From Eledone cirrhosa (taxonomy: Eukaryota): 64,000 nt of DNA. This document shows positions 49,001-62,310 of the stretch, piece after piece. The stretch's first letter is position 1. Each line of letters begins with the position of its first letter. The stretch is taken from positions 67,766,001 to 67,830,000 of the forward strand of contig OZ024747.1 in assembly GCA_964016885.1 (NCBI GenBank), in the 5' to 3' direction. Under the pieces are notes generated by a model, which saw only the letters and a list, made by a program, of their open reading frames with translations, searched no databases and was not told where the DNA came from. A program made the position numbers and the translations under genes.

Positions 49001-50133
49001 CACTATCACCATCACAACTACCACTAATTAACCAATGCTATCACCATCACAACTACCACTAACTAACCAACACTATCACCATCACAACTACCACTAATTA
49101 ACCAATGCTATCACCATCACAACTACCACTAACTAACCAACACTATCACCATCACAACTACCACTAACTAACCAATGCTATCACCATCACAACTACCACT
49201 AACTAACCAACACTATCACCATCACAACTACCACTAACTAACCAACATTATCACCATCACAACTACCACTAACTAACCAACACTATCACCATCACAACTA
49301 CCACTAACTAACCAATGCTATCACCATCACAACTACCACTAACTAACCAACACTATCACCATCACAACTACCACTAATTAACCAATGCTATCACCATCAC
49401 AACTACCACTAACTAACCAACACTATCACCATCACAACTACCACTAATTAACCAATGCTATCACCATCACAACTACCACTAACTAACCAACACTATCACC
49501 ATCACAACTACCACTAACTAACCAACACTATCACCATCACAACTACCACTAACTAACCAACACTATCACCATCACAACTACCACTAACTAACCAACATTA
49601 TCACCATCACAACTACCACTAATTAACCAATGCTATCACCATCACAACTACCACTAACTAACCAACACTATCACCATCACAACTACCACTAACTAACCAA
49701 TGCTATCACCATCACAACTACCACTAACTAACCAACACTATCACCATCACAACTACCACTAACTAACCAACACTATCACCATCACAACTACCACTAACTA
49801 ACCAACACTATCACCATCACAACTACCACTAACTAACCAACACTATCACCATCACAACTACCACTAACTAACCAACACTATCACCATCACAACTACCACT
49901 AACTAACCAACACTATCACCATCACAACTACCACTAACTAACCAACACTATCACCATCACAACTACCACTAACTAACCAACACTATCACCATCACAACTA
50001 CCACTAACTAACCAACACTATCACCATCACAACTACCACTAACTAACCAACACTATCACCATCACAACTACCACTAACTAACCAACACTATCACCATCAC
50101 AACTACCACTAACTAACTAATGCTATCACCACA
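46003..50133. repeat. 35-bp minisatellite, about 118 copies
   Basis: Unit accaacactatcaccatcacaactaccactaacta; constant period, few variants. Confidence 0.97.
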
Positions 50134-50149
50134 ACCAACACCAAGTGGC

Positions 50150-50296
50150 CAACATCACTAGCACTAACCTATCAACACTACCGGCTCTGCTGCACTTCGG
50201 GCCGGCGAACTCTCCACATATCGGTTGCTCTCCGACAGGTTTGAGGTCGAGCCTGTGGCAGTTGAGACTTCTGGTGTCCTTGGCCCTAGGGCCGCC
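50150..50296 (+). mobile_element. CRE-like LINE endonuclease fragment
   Basis: GSAALRAGELSTYRLLSDRFEVEPVAVETSGVLGPRA; homologous to 52260-52335. Confidence 0.65.
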
Positions 50297-50756
50297 ATCA
50301 TAACCACCACTCACTAGTCAACACTAACTCCACAACTACCTTTGACCGGCCTACACTAACTATCATCTCACAAGGCAAACCAACACTATCACCATAACTA
50401 CTATTCTCGTCTATCACAATTTGCGTCCTCTACAAAGTTTTTGAATTCTACAATCTTATTCTCCCGCCCTTTTTAACCACACATAAACATAGTCTTCAAA
50501 TATTTTATGCAAGTGTTTCTAAATCTCTTTTTATTCTGTATCCCTCACTCTCTTTCCAGTGCATCCTTCTGTTATCCACAATTCTCATTTCACCATTTCA
50601 ATTTCCTCTTACATATGTTAGGAAGACCCCGTACTTGTACACAATACAATTTGCAGTATTACATAATATTAACAACCTTATATCAATTTAACATCTGTAG
50701 TCTTGTAATATATTACATAGCATTGCGAGTAATAGATTTATATTAATCTAACATTA

Positions 50757-50870
50757 ACGCGTGGCTTAGTGGTTAGAGAATTGGATTCGCAATCGTGAGG
50801 TTGCGAGTTCGATTCCTGGACCGGGCGATGCGTTATATCCTTGAGCAAGACTCTTTATTTCACCTTGATC
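50757..50870 (+). mobile_element. tRNA-derived CORE-like SINE, 5' part
   Basis: gtggcttagtggttagag..gagttcgattcc..ccttgagcaagac. Confidence 0.75.
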
Positions 50871-51154
50871 TTTCTGCCAGGAGTTTGTATATAGTATCAG
50901 TAATGGAAAGACTAATGGAAACATTGTTTTCTTGATCTGATTTGACAAGTTCTAGCCCGACATTAGTGGTCTTGTACACAATACAATTTATTACATAGCA
51001 TTAACAACGATATATTAATTTAACAGGTAATTAAAACACCAATTAGTTGTCTAATTAAGAGTTATTGATACGGTCTGAGACTGTAATGAAAGATGATTTG
51101 TAATTAATTAATTAGTTGATTAACTAACTGATTGATGAGTTAATAGCCTGATTA

Positions 51155-51366
51155 ATAATTGTTTCTTCTTTTTGGCACAACGCCAGCAATTTGAAGGGAT
51201 GGGGAAGTCGATAAAATCGACCCCAGTGTATTACTGGTATTTTATTTTATCGACCCGTAAGGATGAAAGGCAAAGCTAACTTCGGAGGGATTTGAATTCA
51301 AGATGTAAAGGGACGAAACTCTATGCCACAAAGCATATTGTACGACGCTCTACCGATATTGCCAAT
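51155..51366 (-). mobile_element. tRNA-SINE (Meta/MESC-like family)
   Basis: Reverse complement of the 14552 consensus. Confidence 0.8.
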
Positions 51367-51581
51367 AATACAACTGAAATGAAATCTAACCGGTGTATGT
51401 ATTTTGATTGGCAGCCTGACCTTCCTGAAAGATAATAATCAGTTTCAACACGTGATTACACGTCACGAAACCTGCTAAAACGAAATAATGAATTTACTAT
51501 TCAACAACATTAAAGAAAATAAATCCTGCAAATAATGATAAAGATTTTTTAAAGCTAAAATGAATCTATACCACCTATATG

Positions 51582-51760
51582 CGAGGGTCTGCTGAAAAGT
51601 TATTATGCTGACCAAAATACTCTCATGGAATGGCCACATGAGGTTTATTTTTCAACATAGTCCCTGGAAAGAAACAGTGCAGTTATTAATAAGAAGTGTT
51701 GAAATTAATACATGCAAGATTTCACAGGTCTAGCAGCAATCTCACATCCTATGAACTTTT
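51582..51760. mobile_element. Possible mariner-derived MITE remnant
   Basis: cgagggtctgctgaaaagtt ... aacttttcagc resembles mariner termini. Confidence 0.4.
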
Positions 51761-51764
51761 CAGC

Positions 51765-51912
51765 TGACCAAATTCCCATCTATCAAATTTCCCCCACAGG
51801 GGATTTGTAAACCCGAGGCTATAGTAGAAGACACGCCCAAGGTACAACACAGTGGAACTAAACTCAAAACCAGCGGTTGCGAAGTAAATTGTTGAACAAC
51901 ACAACCATGCTT
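51765..51912 (-). mobile_element. SINE-like repeat fragment (related piece at 17780-17900)
   Basis: ggctatagtagaagacac.cccaagg..cagtggaact..ggttgcgaag. Confidence 0.5.
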
Positions 51913-51999
51913 GTATGTAATGTTGTTATGTATGTATAATTGGGAAGATAAATTAATAGTGTTGTTGTAGCTGTCATACATCAATATACACTCTTGACA

Positions 52000-52345
52000 G
52001 GTGCTATGTGTCCGAACACAGAAGGGCCGAACTCTCACTGTCATCGCCCCACATCTCTCTCGCCCTCCCTCATGTCTCTGTATAGTGAGCAAGTGGGGTC
52101 CCACATGCTGGCCGCCCCACAGCCCCTGCCGACAGAATGGAGAAGACGTTTCCCCGGAGGATGGTAAGGGAGATGCGCTGGAAGAGCCATTCCATCTCGC
52201 GAGGCTTACACACACCTGCGGCTGGCCAACTCAGCGCCTATGGTGGTGAGTAGGGAGATAGCCCTAGGGCCAAGAACACCAGAAGTCTCCACTGCCAAGA
52301 CACGACCGCAAACCTGTCGGAGAACGACCGGTACTTGAAGTGTCA
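52000..52345 (-). mobile_element. CRE-like LINE 3' end
   Basis: AVETSGVLGPRAISLLTTIG..REMEWLFQRISLTILRGNVFSIL. Confidence 0.75.
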
Positions 52346-52586
52346 TAGCAAGTGATGGAGAGATATATATTTCTGTGAAAGATTTGAAGGGATGCAACAA
52401 ACAAACTGGTGGAGAGAGACGACAGATAGATAGAACAACATACATACAGACAGACTGACAGACATATAGATAGACAGATTGACTGTCAGATAGATAAACA
52501 TATATACACACAGAAAAATATATGAACAGAGTGACATATAAAGAGATTGTTGCATAGATAGATAGATATATAGATATCAAAGAGGG

Positions 52587-52720
52587 TGTGGTAAGATTCC
52601 AGGTTGACCATAATGCACCAGAGTACTCAATACTTAGGGTAGTAGAGTGGGTAATAGGAAAAGAGTCAGGACCCCGACGGCTGAGCTCCGGCCGTTTCGA
52701 CAGCTAGATCCGAACTCATA
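52587..52720 (-). mobile_element. PLE-type pLTR end: hammerhead 3' half and tail hairpin
   Basis: Minus strand GAAA-CGGC..GCCG-TC, then ACTC-TACT..AGTA-TT-GAGT. Confidence 0.55.
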
Positions 52721-53058
52721 TATACATACATATATATAGTTTAAGATGGTGGTATGGACGAAACAAGAGAAGAGAAGAAATCCTTCATCAGTTGTAAAAC
52801 CGAGATCAAGATGTTTCGGCGTTTAATACAGGACATCTAAAAGCGATCAGCGGCGCGCCCAAGGCCTTTTCTCAATCAAAAGGCCAGGAGGGAAAGAAAA
52901 GAAAAAAAGAAGAAAAAAAGGGGCGAAATGTAGTGAGGAGAGAGGAAGAAAGAGAAAAAAACAGGTATATATATATATATATATTTCTCCATATATATAT
53001 ACATTCTCAGTATTGTGTAAGAGTGAGAAAGAGAGGAGGTATAGATAGATAGTTAGAC

Positions 53059-53150
<92 letters not shown>

Positions 53151-53173
53151 CATACATGTTAGCAGAGTGTAAG

Positions 53174-53305
53174 TTTTATTTTCTGAAGAAAAAGGTGTCA
53201 GTGCCTGCGAATTCGAAGTTTCGATAATTTCTTCTGACTGACGGAAGAAGCAATCCTTGAACCTTCGAAGTCACTGTCACCTGTTTCTTCAGAAAAAAAT
53301 AAAAT
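53174..53305. repeat. About 130-bp imperfect fold-back
   Basis: ttttattttctgaagaaaaaggtgtcagtg ... cactgtcacctgtttcttcagaaaaaaataaaa. Confidence 0.65.
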
Positions 53306-54517
53306 AAATATGATATTATATAATATGCATACACACCAGTTTCCGTCTAACAATTTTCTTTCGAAAAATAATTTGTCAACCCGAAGACATTTGCCCAAGG
53401 AGCTGCATAATAAAATTGAATTCAATATCACATAGATGACGAAACCATTGCTTGCACTCAAAAAATGGTCTGGATTTCCTTTCAAACTGAAATATATAAT
53501 TTATCACTTTTTACGATCATTAAAATAGATTTTAATGCCATAAACACGGTGATAAATTTAAGTTGGCTTTAAATGTGGGTGGGTTGGATTAATTTTACTG
53601 AGAAAATAATAAAATAAATTATACTAAGAATAATTTCAAAAATGTTGGCTTTTCTTTTCAACAATTATAAGAAATTTGAGCCGACATTGGTATTTCAAAA
53701 TATATAATATACTTCATCCTCTTTGGGGAGGAAGTAATTCGAAAGCAAAAAAACGTAAGCATTGTTACTCTACAGAATGCAATTGGTGATTTAACTATTT
53801 TTAGTCGTGTTTAACTATTTATGATTTATTACTATCCACCCAGTAGTTTATTTCTTTGTTAAATATATACTTAACTTGGTTTTTCTCAGAATACAATTCT
53901 ATTTATAATTAGCTTCAGGCTTTTATATGATGTGGCTGAAAGTGATAAGTTAAAGTGTCGTATTAGTTTTTTAGAAGTGGCATCTTAGAAAGGAATGAAA
54001 AAGACGACGAGCGATAAAAAATCGCTTTCGTTTTAAAAAGGAATAGGAAAAAAGCTGATAGTGATATCGAACCCCAAAAACAATGTCCCATTGCTGATAC
54101 TCTCTATCGATCGGTCGCAACTACTACGTAAAATAAAGTATTTTACTGAAGAACACAACGCACCGTTGAGTCCCAAATGCTAAATTTTCGTTTTAAAGAG
54201 GGTACAAAAGGCTCTAAATGATAGATCAATGTTTCTCTTAGTGGATTCCAAGGAATCTCGGTGTTTCTCAAAAACATAGGATTATGCACGTTAAAGTGGT
54301 GTCGGTGATTAGGAGATTGGTTTTAGTTTTACAATATTGGTGTGTCTTTGTAATCTTGAGAGCTCATGATGGAAAGGTGTGCTATTTTTAAAGGAAATGG
54401 TACGGGGCACAAAATGTGGTCATACGCCCAAATACGCCCAAATACGCGCGCGTGCACACACACATTTCTTTTCGACATATCGAGTACGGCCATATCCCTA
54501 TTAGAGTTTTGTCGCCC

Positions 54518-55378
54518 TTTCTTCTTCTTCTTCTTCTTCTTCTTCTTCTTCTTCTTCTTCTTCTTCTTCTTCTCCCCCCTCCTCCTCCTCCTTCTCCTTC
54601 TTCTCTGTCTTCTTCCTGGGAAGGTGATGCGAGTAGAGTCCTCAAACACTCCTTCCAGCGGGTCCTGTCAGAAGCAACCGTCTCCAGCTGGATCCCCAAG
54701 AGAGACTAGCCGAGCTTATGTATATTATCCAACCATCCTGCTCGGAGTTCTACATTTGGGTCTCTTGCCGGTTGGTTTTGCTCGTCAAATCCTTTCAACG
54801 ATTCTTTCCTGGGCCATTCTAACCACATACCCGCAATATCGAAGTTGTGATCTCTCAACTCGGAAAAGTAGTGGTTCCACTTGGAGTGACTCTCAGATCT
54901 CCAAGCTACCAACTCTATCGAGTAACATTATTTCAAAGACACTTTGGACAAAACTAATTTCAGCTGTTTGTATTCGTGATCGGTTGTTTCCTACTTAATA
55001 AAACGTTGTTCTTTACTAGTTCTATTCTAAACCTTTTGAATTCTAAGTGCTGTTCTGCAACAGAAATATCCGCTCAAACCCTTCCACGGATTCGACTGTA
55101 AGCATACCGAAGTTCCTATAAATTGTGAGTTTTAAACTTCTCTGTTATGGCATAGAGAGCTATAATAAAAAGGAAGGGGGTGAAGACTCAGCCTTGATGA
55201 ACTACATGCACTAAACTCATTACCTACTCTCACTTTACTTCAATTACCTCAGGAGCCATCAAGGTTTTCTTAAGGACATCCAGATAACAGATCGTGGTAT
55301 TCTGTTAAAGACCGTTTCTAGATCAACAAAAGTTAGGTATCGTGACTTACACATAGCTAACGACTTGTAATTGCCTCA
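54518..55378 (-). mobile_element. RTE-clade LINE fragments (degraded RT core 55030-55378; C-terminus and (GAA)n tail 54518-54990)
   Basis: FVDLETVFNRIPRSVIW, VHQG..PFLFII, RSQLRYCGYVVRMAQERI..KPTGKRP, ASDRTRWK. Confidence 0.8.
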
Positions 55379-55481
55379 CTAATATATATATATATATGGT
55401 TATTTATATAGTTATATATATATATATATATGGTTATATATATATATATATATATAGTTATATATATATATATATAGTTAT

Positions 55482-55542
<61 letters not shown>

Positions 55543-55597
55543 TACATATATATATATATATATATATAGTTATACATATATATATATATTTATATAT

Positions 55598-55770
55598 AGA
55601 GAATTAGTATATTTACCAACATATGCGTACAGATGTACACTAATGCTAGCAAATACATAAGTTATGTCATAGTACCTAGGTGGTTCAATGCAGGAGGATG
55701 CAGAACAATTATATGAAAGACGTAAAATAAGAAAATTTTCAAAAATTAAAAATCAACTTACTTACTAAAA
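55598..55770 (-). mobile_element. PLE-type tail fragment with covariant tail hairpin
   Basis: Minus strand tttcatataatt-GTTC-TGCA-tcctcc-TGCA-TT-GAAC. Confidence 0.5.
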
Positions 55771-55824
55771 TATATATATATATAAATATATATATATATA
55801 TTTATACATATATATATAAATATA

Positions 55825-55909
<85 letters not shown>

Positions 55910-55932
55910 TATACATATATATATATATTTAT

Positions 55933-56275
55933 ATTGTTATACTTGGGGAGGGTCATATTTGTGTAATATTGCCAGAATTAATAACAGAACACACTCACTG
56001 TTTGGTTGGTTTTCGCTTCTCGCTGTCTTTTATATCGGTAATCTAACTTACTCGGTCCTCAAATGTTGCCATTGACTGACCGACGGTCAAAAATAATACA
56101 GATACAATATAGACACAAACACATATATATAGGTTATCATAAATCTTTCGTTGCACATCTGCAACATCGTCAGTGGTGTTATATTTTCCTCCTGTTGTGT
56201 TGTATGTCTACGCCATTTTTATTCAGTCTGTCTATATATATAAAAAACCTCGCAAAACTAATTCATTGCCGCTAT
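55933..56275 (-). mobile_element. PLE-type pLTR fragment with partial hammerhead (56146-56173)
   Basis: Minus strand CTGACGA-(t)gttgca/tgcaac-GAAA; end shared with the 8490 element. Confidence 0.5.
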
Positions 56276-56281
56276 ATATTT

Positions 56282-56358
<77 letters not shown>

Positions 56359-56620
56359 TATATGTATATAGTTATATATGTATATAGTTATATATGTATA
56401 TAGTTATATATATGTATATAGTTATATATATGTATATAGTTATATATATGTATATAGTTATATATATATATGTATATAGTTTTATATATATATATAACTA
56501 TATACTTATATATAACTATATAAATATATAACTATATAACTATATAAATATATAACTATATAAATATATAACTATATAAATATATAACTATATACATATA
56601 TAACTATATACATATAAAAC

Positions 56621-56655
<35 letters not shown>

Positions 56656-56656
56656 G

Positions 56657-56701
<45 letters not shown>

Positions 56702-56789
56702 AAATATATATATATATGTATAAATATATATATATATGTATAACTATATATATATATATATATATATAACCATATATATATATATATAT

Positions 56790-57203
56790 GGAATGTGTCC
56801 GTTGAACAATCAGTGTCTTGAACGCAACATAATATACAAATGTACTATCGAATCGGATAGACAGAAGTGGTACTATGTGGGATCTACAGCCACCTCCTTC
56901 AAATCACGCCTTTATAGACATCGTTACTCGATAAAACATGCAAACTAGCGTTATGTAACGACAGTCGCAGACAAGGCTTGGCAGCTGCGTGAAAATAACC
57001 AACAATTTAACCTAAAATGGGATCTAATAGTGTCTGCCCCTCCATAATCCCACGGACAGGAATTTTGTAAATTATGTAATATGGAATTATTTTGTATTAT
57101 GAAATCCCAAAACATTTTATTAAATAACAGAATAGAGCGATCGTTATACTGTAACCATCGCTTAAAATCTACATTTTCATATTACAAATACTACCAGGAT
57201 TGA
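56790..57203 (+). pseudogene. Second Naiad-type GIY-YIG endonuclease fragment (5'-truncated PLE; UTR extends to about 57840)
   Basis: [37 protein letters not shown], with two in-frame stops; CTGAAGA at 57672 and GAAACATATGTC at 57769 in the UTR. Confidence 0.85.
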
Positions 57204-57834
57204 ACGCCTGTCTCCATCTCCGTTTGATTGTCAAAATACATATTAACATTCTCTATTAGTCTTAATTCTATCAACTCTTCTATTATTTACCATTTAATAT
57301 AAACTGCTATAGATAAAAGATTTCTTAATTCAATTCCCTAATGCATATACCAGCTGGCTACTAGCATTGATGTTATTCAGTAGCAGTCGAAATCTCCCCC
57401 TTCCTTAATTGACACTTTATAAATTAATACTACTACACCAAATGACCAGCCCTGTCCATTGTTCAATTGGTCAAGTATAGATTAAAATAGGCACTCCCAA
57501 AAATTCTTATTTAGATAAAATAAACCATTTACTCATTAGAAACCCTTTATATACTTGTTTAGCAGTAAATTGGATTACCATCTGTCATATACTATCACCC
57601 CTCTTCTTCCTCTATTACAACTAATATAAATACATCAATTTTTATGATTTTTTCCAATTTATCCAAAATCTCTGAAGAAGTGACAACTGATTATACATTT
57701 GCTATCGAATACTTGCTAACATTATATGATTACGCAAGCAGCGATACATAGGTATTCCGTCTGTTACAGAAACATATGTCAATACCTAATAAATTCCCTT
57801 TTTTTTAAAAAAAGCACTTTCATTTTATATTCAT

Positions 57835-57939
<105 letters not shown>

Positions 57940-58012
57940 AACTATATATATATATATATATGTATAACTATATATATATATATATATATATGTATAACTA
58001 TATATATATGTA

Positions 58013-58051
<39 letters not shown>

Positions 58052-58245
58052 AACTATATATATGTATATATGTATAACTATATATATATATATATGTATA
58101 ACTATATATATATATATATGTATAACTATATATATATATATATGTATAACTATATATATATATATATATATGTATAACTATATATATATATATATGTATA
58201 ACTATATATATATATATATATGTATAACTATATATATATATATAA

Positions 58246-58283
<38 letters not shown>

Positions 58284-58299
58284 CCATATATATACATAA

Positions 58300-58515
58300 C
58301 TATAGAACAGTGGAAGGTAATATTCGTAGTGGTAGAGCACTCAGTCCATGGGACGAGTTAGGTAGAAGTGGTTACACAACAGTTAGTTCACCATACCGAG
58401 AACAATTGTTTCACCTTAGCGGATCCTCAGCTCGACATGTCCATTACGAGCTGAGGATCCGCTAAGGTGAAACAATTGTTCTCGGTATGGTGAACTAACT
58501 GTTGTGTAACCACTT
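58300..58515 (-). mobile_element. Minimal fold-back element: 69-bp perfect arms (58366-58434 and 58447-58515), hammerhead on each strand, tail on the left
   Basis: cgag-CTGAGGA-tccgctaaggt-GAAA-CAATTG-TT-ctcg at 58447-58484 and its mirror; tail hairpin at 58339-58358. Confidence 0.8.
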
Positions 58516-59169
58516 ATATATATATATATATAGTTATTTGATCTTTAGATTAATGTTTCCTTAGTTCTCGTGAACTTTACAATTTACGTTGATTTAGCAA
58601 AAACTTAACGAAATGTGTGGAAAATATTCGGAAGTGGCGGTGGTGTTGGTGGATGAGGAATATGTGGCGGTGGTAGTGGTGATGTTGGAGATGATAGTTG
58701 AGGTGAAGGTGATTGTGATGGTTGTGGTGTTGGTGATTGAGGAGGTGATGGTGGTGGAGGATGTGGTGATGGTGGTGGGTGTTGGTGATGCTGGAGGCAA
58801 TCGAGGTGATGGTGGAGATGATAGTGATGGTGCTGGATGGTGGAGGAGGAGGTAATGAGGAGAGTGATGGTGGTAATCAAGTAAGAAATCGCAAATTAGA
58901 ATCGAAAAAAAAAATGTTGTTTATTTATTTATTTTTGGCTCTAGTTTCTTATAAAATCTTAAGTAAACTACCCCCACCCCTTAAGAGTAACCCCTTATAG
59001 TTTATGATTTAATCTCTAATGAAATCCATTATTAATAAATAACTAGTAATCGGCAATAAATGGAATTTGCTTAATACGACAAACAGCTACCGGGAATTGG
59101 GACACAGCCTGTTGCAAACCTGACCCACCCTTTCCTTAAGAAGGGCTGATGACCTTATTTCATATAAAT

Positions 59170-59232
59170 ATATATATATTATATGTGTGTATATATGTGT
59201 ATGTATTTGTGTATATATGTATGTATGTGTGT

Positions 59233-59277
<45 letters not shown>

Positions 59278-59296
59278 TATATGTATGAATGGTGTA

Positions 59297-59327
<31 letters not shown>

Positions 59328-59539
59328 GTATGTATGGTGCTTTTTCCTTATATATGTGTATATGTGTGTGTGTGCGTGTATATATATATGTATGTATATG
59401 TGTGTGTGTGTGTGTATGTATATGTATATATTTGTTTATGTATATATATATATGTATATATATATATGTGTGTGTGTGTGTTTGTGTGTATGTGTGTGTA
59501 TATGTATATATATATATGTGTGTACATATATGTATTTTA

Positions 59540-59582
<43 letters not shown>

Positions 59583-59711
59583 ATATATATATATGTATGT
59601 GTATATATGTGTATATGTATACACATGTATATTTGTGTGTATGTATGTATGTGTGTGAGTGTATATATATGTGTATATATGTGTGTGTGTGTGTGTATAT
59701 ATATATATGTA

Positions 59712-59760
<49 letters not shown>

Positions 59761-59875
59761 ATATATGTATATATATATATAAATATATTTATATATGTGT
59801 GTGTGTTTTTATGTGTGTATATGTGTATGTGTATGTGTGTTTATGGTTGCGCGCGAGTGTGTGAGTGAGTGTGTT
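59170..59875. repeat. (TA/TG)n microsatellite
   Basis: Seen directly. Confidence 0.9.
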
Positions 59876-60344
59876 TTTTTGTGAATGTGTCTGTTGATTT
59901 TTGGCATATAGTTGATTAGCTTAAGAGAAGTTCGAAGATAATTGTAAGATATGCACTCAGTATTTTGAATCTGTCTACAGAATTCTCTAAACCTTTGTCA
60001 CTTAGTAGAACCTTAATGAATTTAGCTTTTAAAGAATCTCCCTTTCCTTTAATTCTATCTACCATGACTGACCCCCCCCCCTCCCCACTGATCTTATAGA
60101 CATCTGTTAGCTTAAGAGAAACTTAATGACAAGGAATGGTATGCCATCCGGAACCTGTTTATAGAATTCTGTCTGCCTTTGTTACTCTAAAAACAAAAAT
60201 TAATAAAAATAAACTATAGCTTTGTAGAATTAGCTTTTAATGAATTCCCTTTTCTATCAACCAATGACCTACATCCATCCCACTCCCCACCCTCTCCTAC
60301 CACTTGTAGAGACCTATAAATACCACATTTATTTTTTGATACCC

Positions 60345-60395
60345 AGATTCCTGATGATTTCTAAAGAATGAAACAGTTCTAGTCCTGTAGAATCT
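60345..60395 (+). ncRNA. Type I hammerhead ribozyme motif within a PLE-type 3' end (about 59880-60479)
   Basis: agattc-CTGATGA-t-ttc/gaa-t-GAAA-cag/ctg-TA-gaatct; tail hairpin at 60417-60435. Confidence 0.75.
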
Positions 60396-60477
60396 CATCT
60401 ATATTAAAACTTTTATACTCTGCAATGTATTGAGTACCTTACTTACTGTGGTTACCTCCGATTCAACCCGGAATAAC

Positions 60478-60542
<65 letters not shown>

Positions 60543-60583
60543 TGGGTGTGGGTGTGGGTGTGTTTGTGGACATACACACATGC

Positions 60584-60621
<38 letters not shown>

Positions 60622-60684
60622 ATATAGATATATATATGTGTGTGTGTATATATATATGTGTGTGTGTGTGTATATATATATATA

Positions 60685-60738
<54 letters not shown>

Positions 60739-60740
60739 AG

Positions 60741-60784
<44 letters not shown>

Positions 60785-61359
60785 TATATATATATATTAT
60801 AGGGGTTTTTTGCTCTGCGGTTAAGCTTTTACCGTTTCGGTAGTAGATGAAGAACTATATAAGGTTAACGTAGGGCAGAACATCCTTATAATACCTGCAC
60901 TCCACTTTCCGTAAGTAAAGGCGCATTGTTTATTGGTTAGAGAGCTGGATTCACTATTAGGAGGTCCGCCCGCCGCTATCATCCCACTAACATCCCACTA
61001 CTACAAAGTTAGTCAAGACCTTCACATAAACGAACAATAGAATACAAAACGTATAATGTTTTATCTCTCTATCTGGCCGAGTTTATACTGGCAAATAAGA
61101 AGAACCAGGGCCGCCCCTACGAGCATTGCATTTGTTGTACTTCATATTTGTTTCGGTTGCTGAATACAATCAGGGGTCGCTGCTTCTCCTGAAGGTCAAT
61201 AGTTCTCTTCTAACTGGAGCGGGAGCGTCTTTCCATTGTCAATTTGCATTGATCATCTACAAAGCCGCATTGTTCTCACAACCACTACACCAGTCTTTCG
61301 ATGTGTGCAGCTGGAACTACTTCCACCCATTGATTTGGAAGGATTTTTTTTTTTTTTTA

Positions 61360-61530
61360 AATGGCCGTTGACTCTTATGAGTTCTTCCGCCCTTTGTCAG
61401 GTTTTGTTTTTGTCCTGCAGGGTGTCCAAAATCACCCTCCTCACCAAGTAAAGTTGGTGGGGTTGCCGGTTTAGTCGCAGGTTGTACTGGGTTACATGTT
61501 ACCAGTAGCACTCAAGAGTGACCTGACATA
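61360..61530 (-). mobile_element. Diverged end of the RTE-related non-coding repeat
   Basis: Reverse-complement similarity to 9819-10005. Confidence 0.7.
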
Positions 61531-61654
61531 ACGTTTTTCAATAAGTTTATTGTATTTTATTTTATTCTAGCTTCTCCCTCTCAGCTCACTCTTCTTACTT
61601 TGCCCTGAACGGCAGCACTACACATAAAGAAGACAAACGAACAAAAAACAACTA

Positions 61655-61823
61655 CCGTATTTCCCGGCGTCGAAGACCCTACCTTTTCCCTAAAATAAGT
61701 CTCAAAAATCTACCATGCGTCCTGGAGGCCAAAGGGTGTTTATTATTTCTTTTTCAAATTTTTGGTTGTCAAAATTAGGGTGCGTCCTCGAGGCCGAAGC
61801 GTCTTCGGCGCCGGGAAATACGG
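61655..61823. mobile_element. Tc1/mariner-superfamily (Tc2/pogo-like) MITE
   Basis: TA TSD; 23-bp TIR ccgtatttcccggcg(t/c)cgaagac with one mismatch. Confidence 0.88.
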
Positions 61824-61948
61824 TACACAGCCCAATATGCATACACACACACACACTTACACACACACACCTATATATATATATATACATGTATATATAT
61901 ATATCTATGTGTGTGTGTGTGTATACATATATACTATATGTATATATA

Positions 61949-61980
<32 letters not shown>

Positions 61981-62310
61981 CATACATATATATATACACG
62001 TGTACATCCTGGTTTTGCACTGTAATCTGTTTGTTTGTGTTAAAGACATTTCCAGGCAATAATCCGGATATGACGTAACACAGACCCACACAACCACACA
62101 TATGGTGATACTCACACATTCACATGTTAACACTCTCTTTCAGGCACACACACGTACGCACACACACACATATATATATATACATATATATATATGTGTG
62201 TAGTCTCCTACAAACACATATTGAGATACACACACACACTCACATTCACATACTAACAAATCCTCATGCTCATACTCCATCGTGCGTGTGTGTGTATGTA
62301 TGTATGTATG

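Noticed and set aside
46003-50133. CRISPR array or coding repeat
   Set aside because: No unique spacers; the 35-bp unit is not a multiple of 3 and contains stops; eukaryotic context.
50757-50830. tRNA genes
   Set aside because: A/B boxes continue into SINE bodies; no complete cloverleaf.
60800-60900. GAAACGGTA on the minus strand as a hammerhead
   Set aside because: No 5' core found.
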